DNA of 64,000 nt, taken from positions 608,001-672,000 of the forward strand of contig OY970194.1 in the NCBI GenBank assembly GCA_963708075.1. Direction: 5' to 3'. Within the stretch, counting starts at the first letter, position 1; each line of letters starts with the position of its first letter. The position numbers and the translations under genes were made by a program. This document shows, piece after piece, positions 49,314-57,436 of the stretch. Origin of the DNA: Sedimentisphaerales bacterium (GTDB lineage Bacteria > Planctomycetota > Phycisphaerae > Sedimentisphaerales > Anaerobacaceae). The notes beneath the pieces were generated by a model, which searched no databases, had not been told where the DNA came from, and worked only from the letters and a program-made list of their open reading frames with translations.

Positions 49314-49772
49314 ATGAGAGCAAACAGAGGCTTCACACTGGTCGAAATTCTGATCGTGGTGGTCATCCTGGGCATCCTGGCCGCCATCGTCATCCCGCAG
49401 TTCACCGAGGCGAGCACCGAGGCCAAGCTGTCCTCGCTGTGCAGCGACCTGCAGACGACTCGTTCGCAGATCGAGCTGTACAAGGTACAGCACAATGACG
49501 CGGTTCCCGCACCGGAAAGCGGCGGGTTGACCTGGGACAGAATGACAAAGTTCACGAGCATTGCCGGCGTTGTCAGCGCCACGAAGGACGCGACCTACAG
49601 CTATGGTCCGTATCTGCAGAAGATCCCAGTCAATCAGTTCAATGACAAGAGCGCCATCGAGGTCGGCACCGGCACCGGCGTCGGCACGCCCGGCGCCACT
49701 TACGGCTGGTTCCTGAACACCGATACGGGTGTGTTCATGGCCAATGACTCTTCGGCCCATGCGGCACTCTAA
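49314..49772 (+). CDS. Major type IV pilin / PulG-like pseudopilin
   Basis: G|FTLVEILIVVVILGILAAIVIP prepilin motif; GAGGAG SD; long AT-rich upstream region. Confidence 0.9.
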   Translation: MRANRGFTLVEILIVVVILGILAAIVIPQFTEASTEAKLSSLCSDLQTTRSQIELYKVQHNDAVPAPESGGLTWDRMTKFTSIAGVVSATKDATYSYGPYLQKIPVNQFNDKSAIEVGTGTGVGTPGATYGWFLNTDTGVFMANDSSAHAAL

Positions 49773-49857
49773 CGGATCCTACGGCATGAACGCATGCGTA
49801 TGACCTCTGAGGTGTCCATCGCATAGCGCGGCCGAAATGTATGAAAACCGACACCAG

Positions 49858-49904
49858 GGCTGACCGTGCTCCAGGCGAATCGCCAAAGGCCGGTCAGCCT
49901 TTTT
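49858..49904 (+). terminator. Putative intrinsic terminator after the major pilin gene
   Basis: GGCTGACCG...CGGTCAGCC stem followed by TTTTT. Confidence 0.55.
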
Positions 49905-49943
49905 GCTGAATGGAAATTCCGCACAACGTAGAAAGGGTCAGAG

Positions 49944-50448
49944 ATGAAATGGGCAAGAGCCTTCACGCTGGTTGAAATCCTGATTGTGGTGGTCTTGCTT
50001 GCGATCCTGGCCGTCATCGTGCTTCCCTCTCTGAGCAAGGGCACGACGATGGCGAAAGAAAGTGCGCTGGCTTCCGAAATAGGAATGCTTCGTCGCTTCA
50101 TCCTCGTTTACGCGAGCCAGCATCTGGAGGTCGCGCCCGGGTACCCGGGCGGCAATGCGTCCGCGACGCCAGTGGGCGATACCTTCAGAGACCAGGCAAT
50201 GCTATCAAGTAATGCCTCGGGCCAGACAGCCGCCGTCGGCACGTCCGGGTTCCCCTATGGGCCTTACTTGTCTCGAATACCCGACAATCCGTTCAATGGG
50301 AAGGACACCATTGAGATGCTTGCCAATGGTCAGGCCTTTCCTGCCGCGGCCGATGATAGCCACGGGTGGATCTGCAAGCCTGAGAACCGGAGAAATCCGG
50401 CCTGATAACACGGGCAATAGCGGTGGGAAACCGTACTATGACTTCTGA
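49944..50448 (+). CDS. Second pilin paralogue (frameshift at ~50385)
   Basis: A|FTLVEILIVV; shares YGPYL..IP.N.FN.K with pilin 1; removing one base at GAGAACC gives ...KPETGEIRPDN...YYDF* overlapping the next start. Confidence 0.82.
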
Positions 50449-50887
50449 CGCAAACAGAACGCATAGACCCTGCCGCGGTGGTTTTACCCTGGTCGAGGCC
50501 ACTCTGGCCATGGTGGTCCTGAGCTTGGCGGCAGCCGGTGTGCTGCTGCCTTTTGCGGATGGGGCCTCCGTACAGGCCGAGGGGTTGCACAGGTCTCTCG
50601 CCGCCAGCCTGGCCAACGACCTGCTGGAACGGGTCATCAGCACGCCGTTCGATCAGGTCGCGCACGACTGGCACGGCTACACGGAGGAGCAGGGGCAGCT
50701 CAAGGACGCAAGCGGCACCACGATCACGGATCCAATCTACGCGAATTACAGCAGAGATGTATCCTGTGACTACAGGTATGTACCCCAACAGGGGGGCGTG
50801 GCAGCCCCCAACTTTGCGCTCGCCTCGGTGCGAGTGTACTATCGGGGAGAGCAAATAGCGGCCGTTCACCGGTTGATCAGCCAGTGA
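50438..50887 (+). CDS. Minor pilin (PilV/GspI-like)
   Basis: G|FTLVEATLAMVVL. Confidence 0.8.
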   Translation: MTSDANRTHRPCRGGFTLVEATLAMVVLSLAAAGVLLPFADGASVQAEGLHRSLAASLANDLLERVISTPFDQVAHDWHGYTEEQGQLKDASGTTITDPIYANYSRDVSCDYRYVPQQGGVAAPNFALASVRVYYRGEQIAAVHRLISQ

Positions 50888-50982
50888 ACGGTTCGGCTCG
50901 ACCAGGGTGAGCCTTGTGTCTCACCCTGTGGATTCCGAATCCGCTTTCGACTTGCGGAACTGGATCGATGGAACCATGGTTG

Positions 50983-51609
50983 ATGAAGACGACGAGAAAC
51001 AAGAAGGCTTTCACCCTGGTCGAGCTTCTGATTACGATGGTGGTCACGGGCATCCTCCTGTCGGCCGTGGCCACCCTGGCATTCGCCATGAGCAGTGCCA
51101 GCCGCTCCAGTGACGACACCATCCTCAACGAGGCGCTACTCCGCCAGACGCGACTGCGAATCGGCGAGTTGATCCGCACCTGCAAGCTGATCTGTGCCGC
51201 TCCAGGAAACGATCTGGCCATCTGGCAGGCCGACACGAATGACGACGGCCAGATCAACGTCAGCGAGCTTGTATACATCGAGAGGGGCGCCGGCCTCAAT
51301 ACGTTGCAGTTGTGCCAGTTCTCTATAGGACAGAACGACCCTGTCGAGCTGTCTGCTTTGGCTTCGGCGGCGACGAAGGCAGACTTGGTATCGACGTATG
51401 CCGAGACCCATGTACGCTTGATTCCGACCTGCCAGAACGTACAGTTTGGTCTGGACACAGCCCCACCGCGTACGCGGCGTGTTACCGTTTCGTTCGACCT
51501 GGGCGAAGAGGGTGCCGCCCATCCGTACGACGTGAGCGTGACTCTTCGGGCCTGGGCCGGCCACCTGCTCAGCGCCGACGGGACCACGCTGGTCAGTGAC
51601 GACGATTAG
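50983..51609 (+). CDS. Minor pilin (PilW/GspJ-like)
   Basis: KKA|FTLVELLITMVV. Confidence 0.82.
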   Translation: MKTTRNKKAFTLVELLITMVVTGILLSAVATLAFAMSSASRSSDDTILNEALLRQTRLRIGELIRTCKLICAAPGNDLAIWQADTNDDGQINVSELVYIERGAGLNTLQLCQFSIGQNDPVELSALASAATKADLVSTYAETHVRLIPTCQNVQFGLDTAPPRTRRVTVSFDLGEEGAAHPYDVSVTLRAWAGHLLSADGTTLVSDDD

Positions 51610-51626
51610 GGAGCAGGACATCAGAG

Positions 51627-53354
51627 ATGTCTGCAATCATCCATCATAAATCATCAATCATCCATAGTCGGAGGGGCGTGGCCCTTCTGCTGGTCCTGCT
51701 CATTATCATGGCGATCACGATCCTGTCACTGGGCTTTATCAGCCGCTGTGACACGGAGCTGGCCTGCGGGCAGAACATGCTCCTTCGCACGCAGATGGAC
51801 CAACTGGCGGATTCCGCGCTGGAACACGCCCGGGGCCTCATTCTCAATCCCCAGGACCTTGACACGGAGTACTGGACCGGGGCAGTAGAGCAGCAAATCA
51901 TGGCGGACAGCCCGGACTTCTACGATGTGGGTGTGACGCGCGATGATTCGAACCCGAACGAGCATCGCAACTACTCGATCACCTGTGAGGCGTATCAGTC
52001 GAAGAATGGTCAGAAGGTGGGGAGCAGCCGCCTGTCGGCCCAGCTTCGCCTGGACCCGTGTGTTGCGCTGTGGACAGGCGCTGACACCCTGTTGCGGCCG
52101 GGGCACATTCTTTATGGCGATTTCCGTTGTGCAGGCACGATCGTCAACCTCGGCACCACCAACATCAACGGAGACGTTTTCTCGAACGCTTTGACGGGTG
52201 TCGTGGCCGGCCAGCACAAGGCCGTGGCGGACCTGTCGCTTGCCTGGCCTCCGGTGACGAGGACATACGCCAGTCCTGTCTACGGGAGCTATCCCGTCAG
52301 TCCCGGTACTCTGACGAATACGGACCCGACGTATCAGATTGCGAGAGTGTGGCAGTGTGCGGGTGATTTGACTCTCGGCAACAACGTGGCCATCCAGGGC
52401 ATGCTCCTGGTGGACGGCAATCTTACGATTCGAGGCAACACGAACCTCCTCACGGCCGCCAAGGACCTTCCCGCCCTGTACGTGAGGGGTGATCTGGTCG
52501 TTGAAGACGTTGATAACCTGAGAATTGAGGGGCTGGCGGTTGTCGAAGGCGGTGTTCGTGTCAGTGCAGGCGCATCGAACGTCCATATTCTTGGCGGGCT
52601 GTTCGTCAAAGGCGGCATTCTGGAGACCGCTCCGGATTCGGCAGGGGGCCATTGTGACTGCACCGTGTACGATGCTCCGACATGGCATCCGAGCGGCGGC
52701 CAGCACCTGGGCGCCCTGGAGTTCGATGGTGTGAATGACTATCTGCGCACCGCGGACAGCGCGTCTTTGCAGTTAACGGGCGACTACACCATCTCGGTAT
52801 GGATCAAGCCGGCCGCCTCTCAGAAGGTCTCTGCGGCGATTCTGGCAAAGACCAATGACACGGGCTCCAGTAATCATTGGGCCCTGCAGTTCGATGCCGG
52901 CAGTCTTATCGTACGCCATCCGACCGGAAGCTGGCCAACGGACATCACGATGGCTGATATGGCGGCGCAAGACCGGTGGTACCACGTGGCGGTAGTTCGG
53001 CAGGGCAACACAATGTCCTCCTACTTCGCCGGAGCCTTGCGCAAGCAGGAGACTTGGAACGTCGGGCCTGGCATCGGCAACGGGCATCTGAATATCGCCG
53101 TGGATCGAGCCGCTGATCCCGCATGTCTCTATACCGGCCTGATCGACGATCTTCGCATTTATAACCAGGCGGTGACGATGCCGCCGCCGAACGGTGTGCC
53201 CAGCCTGATCGGGCATTGGAAACTCGATGAGAGTGGCTCTGATGTAAGCATCATTGCAGAACCCGCAAGATCCGCCATTGTCACCTCTGGCTCCCCGGAC
53301 CAATACTGGAGCCAGGCGGCGGGCGCCTTCTATAGAAGTATCCGCAGAGACTGA
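51627..53354 (+). CDS. PilX/GspK-like tip pilin with beta-helix-like region and LamG (concanavalin A-like) domain
   Basis: RRG|VALLLVLL (no E5), 'GDLTL..GMLLVDGNLTI' rungs, LEFDGVNDY, TISVWIKP, WYHVAVV, IDDLRIYN. Confidence 0.8.
   Translation: MSAIIHHKSSIIHSRRGVALLLVLLIIMAITILSLGFISRCDTELACGQNMLLRTQMDQLADSALEHARGLILNPQDLDTEYWTGAVEQQIMADSPDFYDVGVTRDDSNPNEHRNYSITCEAYQSKNGQKVGSSRLSAQLRLDPCVALWTGADTLLRPGHILYGDFRCAGTIVNLGTTNINGDVFSNALTGVVAGQHKAVADLSLAWPPVTRTYASPVYGSYPVSPGTLTNTDPTYQIARVWQCAGDLTLGNNVAIQGMLLVDGNLTIRGNTNLLTAAKDLPALYVRGDLVVEDVDNLRIEGLAVVEGGVRVSAGASNVHILGGLFVKGGILETAPDSAGGHCDCTVYDAPTWHPSGGQHLGALEFDGVNDYLRTADSASLQLTGDYTISVWIKPAASQKVSAAILAKTNDTGSSNHWALQFDAGSLIVRHPTGSWPTDITMADMAAQDRWYHVAVVRQGNTMSSYFAGALRKQETWNVGPGIGNGHLNIAVDRAADPACLYTGLIDDLRIYNQAVTMPPPNGVPSLIGHWKLDESGSDVSIIAEPARSAIVTSGSPDQYWSQAAGAFYRSIRRD
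51633..51666. repeat. Heptamer array (ATCAATC-like) inside the prepilin leader coding sequence
   Basis: gcaatc atccatc ataaatc atcaatc atccata encodes AIIHHKSSIIH. Confidence 0.75.
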
Positions 53355-53741
53355 TCTCAGTCGAAAGTCACCAGGTACGTCCGGAAACATTTCCCTGTTT
53401 ATTGGTCATATGGGTCCGCGCCGGGAAAAACGTGGCGGTCCCGGAAGGGCGGCGCGCGTGCGCCGCTCCCACAATGTTTGCCGGGTTTTCGGCTGTGGCA
53501 GGGGAACCGACGGGCGATTGTAGCAGTCATAACGACTTTGATTCGAGACTATAGAACCTTTGAGGATTGTATCGCCTGCGGAACGGCCCTGTCGGGGTGT
53601 TATTCGATCAGGATGCCGCGCCCGTCAGATTCCTTTTGTATCCTTTGGATTAGGCGCTGCCAGTTCGCGCTGTTGCGGGTAAAGACGCGTCCCGGATGGG
53701 CCGAATAAAGAACGGAGGTAGAGTGTGCAATGTGTGGAAAC

Positions 53742-54275
53742 ATGAAAAAACGAATTCAGCAAAGAGCCGCGGTACGGGACACGCTTGGGAGCGGATTCAC
53801 GATCATTGAAGTGATCCTGGTCGTGGTCATCATCGGCATTGCGGCCGCGGTGGTCGTGCCCATGGCCTCTTCCGCCGGTGGCATGCAACTCCGCGCCGCG
53901 GTGAACATGGTCGCTGCCGATCTCGAGTATGCCAAGAGCATGGCGATCAGCAGGGGACAGCCCTACTCGGTCGTGTTCGATAAAACCACCGAGACGTATC
54001 GCGTCGTGAACCAGGCCGGCACCGTGATTCAGCACCCGGTCAAGAAAGGGTTCAACTACGTGATCGATTTTCGGAGTGAAGGCCGGCTCGACCGGGTGGA
54101 GATTCTCGATGCAAGCTTCGACGCCACGAACAAGGTGACGTTCGATTACCTGGGAAGTCCGTACAACGGCACCCCGGGCCCACTGAACAGCGGGGTGGTC
54201 ACATTGCGGTCGGGAACTACGACGAGAACGGTGAGCGTGGAACCCGTCACTGGATTCATTTCCGTATCGAATTGA
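53742..54275 (+). CDS. Minor pilin (FimT/GspH-like)
   Basis: G|FTIIEVILVV; DLEYAKSMAI; VTFDYLGSP; VEPVTG. Confidence 0.85.
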   Translation: MKKRIQQRAAVRDTLGSGFTIIEVILVVVIIGIAAAVVVPMASSAGGMQLRAAVNMVAADLEYAKSMAISRGQPYSVVFDKTTETYRVVNQAGTVIQHPVKKGFNYVIDFRSEGRLDRVEILDASFDATNKVTFDYLGSPYNGTPGPLNSGVVTLRSGTTTRTVSVEPVTGFISVSN

Positions 54276-54285
54276 GCGGCTTGAG

Positions 54286-55437
54286 ATGTTGATGTCAAAG
54301 TGGATAGTTCGGAACCACAAGATCCTGCCCATCGGGGTGGACATCGGTCACAGTTGCATCAAGATGATTCAACTGGCCGAGTCGGATGGCAATCTGCAGG
54401 TCCTGGCCGCAGGACAGGCTCCGATGCCCGCGTCCGCCGCACTGGATGAGGCGCAGCGACGTCGCTGTGTGGTCTCCGCGATCAGGCAACTGCTGTCGCA
54501 CGGCCGCTTCAGGGGACGCAACGCCGTCTCGGCGCTGTCGGCGGACGAGCTGCAGATCACCTCCGTTCGCCTCGCGGAGGCGGAATCCCTTCAGGTGGAC
54601 AAGGCACTACGCAAAGAAGCCGCCCAGAGATTCAATCTTGATGCGGACGTAGACGCCATCGATTATCTACTCGCCGGCAGCGTTCGCCAGGACGACGAAG
54701 TGAAGAATGAGTTCATTGTCCTGGCCGCCAAGGCAGGAACGATTGAAAGCCACATCTGCCTCCTGGAGGAGGCCGGTCTTCAACCCGTAGGAATCGATGC
54801 GGCTCCCTGTGCCCTGTTCCGGAGCTTCGAGAGAGCCTTGCGTCGCGAGGAGGATAAACAGCGAACGGTCATTTTTGTGGATGTTGGGTATCGGTACACG
54901 ACCGTGGTCTTCGCTCGCAACGGCGAGATCTGTCTGGCCAAGCAAATGCCGTTCGGAACAGCCCGGTTCGATGAGGAGATTGCCTCGAAGCTGGAGGTAG
55001 CCGCCGGCGATGCGGAGTCTCTGCGTCTGCGGCTGCAACGAGAGGAATCGATGGAAGAAGGCACTCGCCAGCTTGTCACGGATGCGGTTGTCTCCGCGGC
55101 CGAACAGCTTGCCAGGGAGTTGTCTTTGTGTCTTCGGTATCATACGGTCACGTTTCGTGGCAAACGCGTGGAGCGAGCGGTGGTCGCCGGCGGAGGCGCG
55201 AAGGAGAAGCTGCTGCTGGACGTCCTGCAGCGACATTTGTCCATCGCGGTGGAGTCTGCCGAGCCATTGCGAGGTCTGGACCTCGCGGATACGAAGTGCG
55301 GCGATGAATGCAGCCATTCCCCGGCAGGCCTGGCTCTGGCCATCGGACTCAGCCTCAAAGGACGCAGTCCCTCTGCCGAGGCGTGTGAGCCATCAGAGGT
55401 TGCGCTCGAGCCGGTGCTGGAAGGGGAGCCATCATGA
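54286..55437 (+). CDS. pilM: Pilus assembly actin-like protein PilM
   Basis: IGVDIGHSCIKMIQL, FVDVG, VVAGGGA, LAIGLSLK. Confidence 0.85.
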   Translation: MLMSKWIVRNHKILPIGVDIGHSCIKMIQLAESDGNLQVLAAGQAPMPASAALDEAQRRRCVVSAIRQLLSHGRFRGRNAVSALSADELQITSVRLAEAESLQVDKALRKEAAQRFNLDADVDAIDYLLAGSVRQDDEVKNEFIVLAAKAGTIESHICLLEEAGLQPVGIDAAPCALFRSFERALRREEDKQRTVIFVDVGYRYTTVVFARNGEICLAKQMPFGTARFDEEIASKLEVAAGDAESLRLRLQREESMEEGTRQLVTDAVVSAAEQLARELSLCLRYHTVTFRGKRVERAVVAGGGAKEKLLLDVLQRHLSIAVESAEPLRGLDLADTKCGDECSHSPAGLALAIGLSLKGRSPSAEACEPSEVALEPVLEGEPS

Positions 55438-56165
55438 AGGACATCGACTTTCTTCCAGAGTGGTACAAAGAAAGCAAGCGCCGACGGCAGCACGTGCGCA
55501 GACAGTATGTGGTTTTGGCGGTCGCTTTCATTGCGATGATCAGCTACAACACGACAGCGACCCATAGAATCACGCGAGCCAGTGCCGAATTGGCCCGGCT
55601 CGAAGGCAAGCGGGTCCAGGCGGAGATCGCCTCCCAGGAGTTCAACACCGTTACGGGTAATCTGAACCAGGTGCGCGAGAAGGCAGCGCTGATCGAGCGG
55701 ATCGACTCGAAGATCAATCTGGCGGCGGTGCTGGCGGAGATGAGTCACATCCTTGGCGAGACGGTGGTCCTGAGCCGGGTCGAGGTCGTCGCAGAGCCTT
55801 TCGCAAACGACGAGAAGGACCCGCGCACGAGTGATACAGGCGTGCGCATCGCGGATGGTAAGAAGGATACCTCCCGAGGGACTCTGGTGGGCAGCGTCCG
55901 TTTTCATATCGTTCTGACCGGCGTGGCGGTCAGTCCCGCCGACGTGGCGGCGCTGGTCCGACGGTTGGATGATTCGTCCTATTTTCATCGCGTACATGCT
56001 TCGTTTTGGCGCAGTGGCAAGGTTCAGGTCTCCGGCCAGCCTGTGCAGGGCGCATCGAAAACGCAGGGTGGCGCTGTCCCGGCCGGACAGCCGGAGACCC
56101 TTGACGTGACCGAGTTCGAGGTTGCCTGTTACCTCGCCAACTATAAGGAAACCGACAATCGATGA
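55434..56165 (+). CDS. pilN: PilN-like protein
   Basis: IDFLP N-terminal motif, TM, coiled coil, LTGVA..DVAALVRRL; overlaps pilM. Confidence 0.8.
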   Translation: MKDIDFLPEWYKESKRRRQHVRRQYVVLAVAFIAMISYNTTATHRITRASAELARLEGKRVQAEIASQEFNTVTGNLNQVREKAALIERIDSKINLAAVLAEMSHILGETVVLSRVEVVAEPFANDEKDPRTSDTGVRIADGKKDTSRGTLVGSVRFHIVLTGVAVSPADVAALVRRLDDSSYFHRVHASFWRSGKVQVSGQPVQGASKTQGGAVPAGQPETLDVTEFEVACYLANYKETDNR

Positions 56166-56749
56166 GTAATATGGCGCCCAAGAGATCAAGTCGCAAGCAG
56201 CAGGCATGGCTGTATGCCATCGCGGTGCTGTTCTGCGCGGATTTCGTCTTCTACGGCTATCTGCCGTCCTATAAACGGCTGCAGTCCCTGCGAGAGACGG
56301 GAAGCCAGCAGCGGCGCCTGATTGAGACCGCCGCAGCCCAGAGCGAGGAATTGCCCGCGCTCAAGGTCCGTCTCGCGAACGTCGAGCAGATCGTCGAGCA
56401 CTATGAAAGTTATATCCCTGCGGAAGTGTCATTGGGATCGTTCCTGCAGGAGATCGCACGGACCATGACCGAGCACCGTCTGACCGATCAGGTGGTTGTG
56501 CCGGGCAAGGAAGTGGAATTGGAGGGCGTTGGATGTGCTCCCGTGCACGTCAACTGCAAGGGAAGCCTCAAGGACATCTTCAGCTTCTTCCATGACCTTC
56601 AGGCGATGGACAGGCTGGTGCGCATCGAGAAGGTGACCTTGCAGAATGATCGTGGTTTCACGGGTTGCGTCAGCATGGATACGGACGCCGTCATTTTCTA
56701 CCGACCGCAGGCGGCGCGGGATGCGACGAGCGTTGCGGTGGGCTTGTAG
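56162..56749 (+). CDS. pilO: PilO-like protein
   Basis: TM, coiled coil, GSLKDIFSFFHDLQAMDRLVRIEKV. Confidence 0.8.
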   Translation: MSNMAPKRSSRKQQAWLYAIAVLFCADFVFYGYLPSYKRLQSLRETGSQQRRLIETAAAQSEELPALKVRLANVEQIVEHYESYIPAEVSLGSFLQEIARTMTEHRLTDQVVVPGKEVELEGVGCAPVHVNCKGSLKDIFSFFHDLQAMDRLVRIEKVTLQNDRGFTGCVSMDTDAVIFYRPQAARDATSVAVGL

Positions 56750-56760
56750 GGTCGTGAGCG

Positions 56761-57369
56761 ATGACGCACAGCAGAAACAGCAGGATCTCGCAGGCACAGC
56801 AGGTGCTGGACCGTCTGGCCGCCGACAAGAAGAAGACGGTGTTTGCCGTGTCCCTGTTTGCCATCATGGGCTTCATGTGGTTCCGCGTGCTGACGGGCCA
56901 TCGACCCGGCCCCGTAGCGGCCGAGACAGTCACGGGACAGGAGCAGGCCGAGCCGCAGAAGCCCCCGCGGAACGTCCGCTATCTGGAATTGCCCAATCTT
57001 CCGGGCCGAAATGATTATATCAACAGGGATTTCTTCGCCTCGCGGGACTGGGAGTGTTTTCGCCAGAATTCGACCTTGATGCAGAACCCGGAAGTAAAGG
57101 TGCAGGTGGTTGCTTCCGATCACAATTATGAAGTGGCTGCCCGTTTGGGGCAGAAATTGAAGTTGGAGGCCGTTTTGAAGGACGGGAATCCCCGGGCCTT
57201 CATCAATGACCAGTTGTTGCGCCTTGGGGATCGACTCACCGTCCGCGACGGCCCGGATACATGCGAATTTGAAGTGCTGCGTATCTATGAGGATTCGGTG
57301 CTTGTTGGATGTAACGGAACACAATTGACGCTGAAGCTGATACAGCATCTGGATGTAGACAAACAATAG
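56761..57369 (+). CDS. PilP/GspC-like membrane-anchored protein
   Basis: Single TM, RDFF, LKLEAV..RAFINDQLLRLGD, VLRIYEDSV; sits between pilO and the secretin. Confidence 0.6.
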   Translation: MTHSRNSRISQAQQVLDRLAADKKKTVFAVSLFAIMGFMWFRVLTGHRPGPVAAETVTGQEQAEPQKPPRNVRYLELPNLPGRNDYINRDFFASRDWECFRQNSTLMQNPEVKVQVVASDHNYEVAARLGQKLKLEAVLKDGNPRAFINDQLLRLGDRLTVRDGPDTCEFEVLRIYEDSVLVGCNGTQLTLKLIQHLDVDKQ

Positions 57370-57436
57370 ATCGATTTGAGACAGAATCGTGTTCGTAGTT
57401 TTCGAAAGTGTGTCTTTGAAGAGCAGGAGTATGACT

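Noticed and set aside
53355..53741. ncRNA or small gene in the gap within the pilus locus
   Set aside because: No convincing ORF, SD or recognisable RNA motif; probably an internal promoter region
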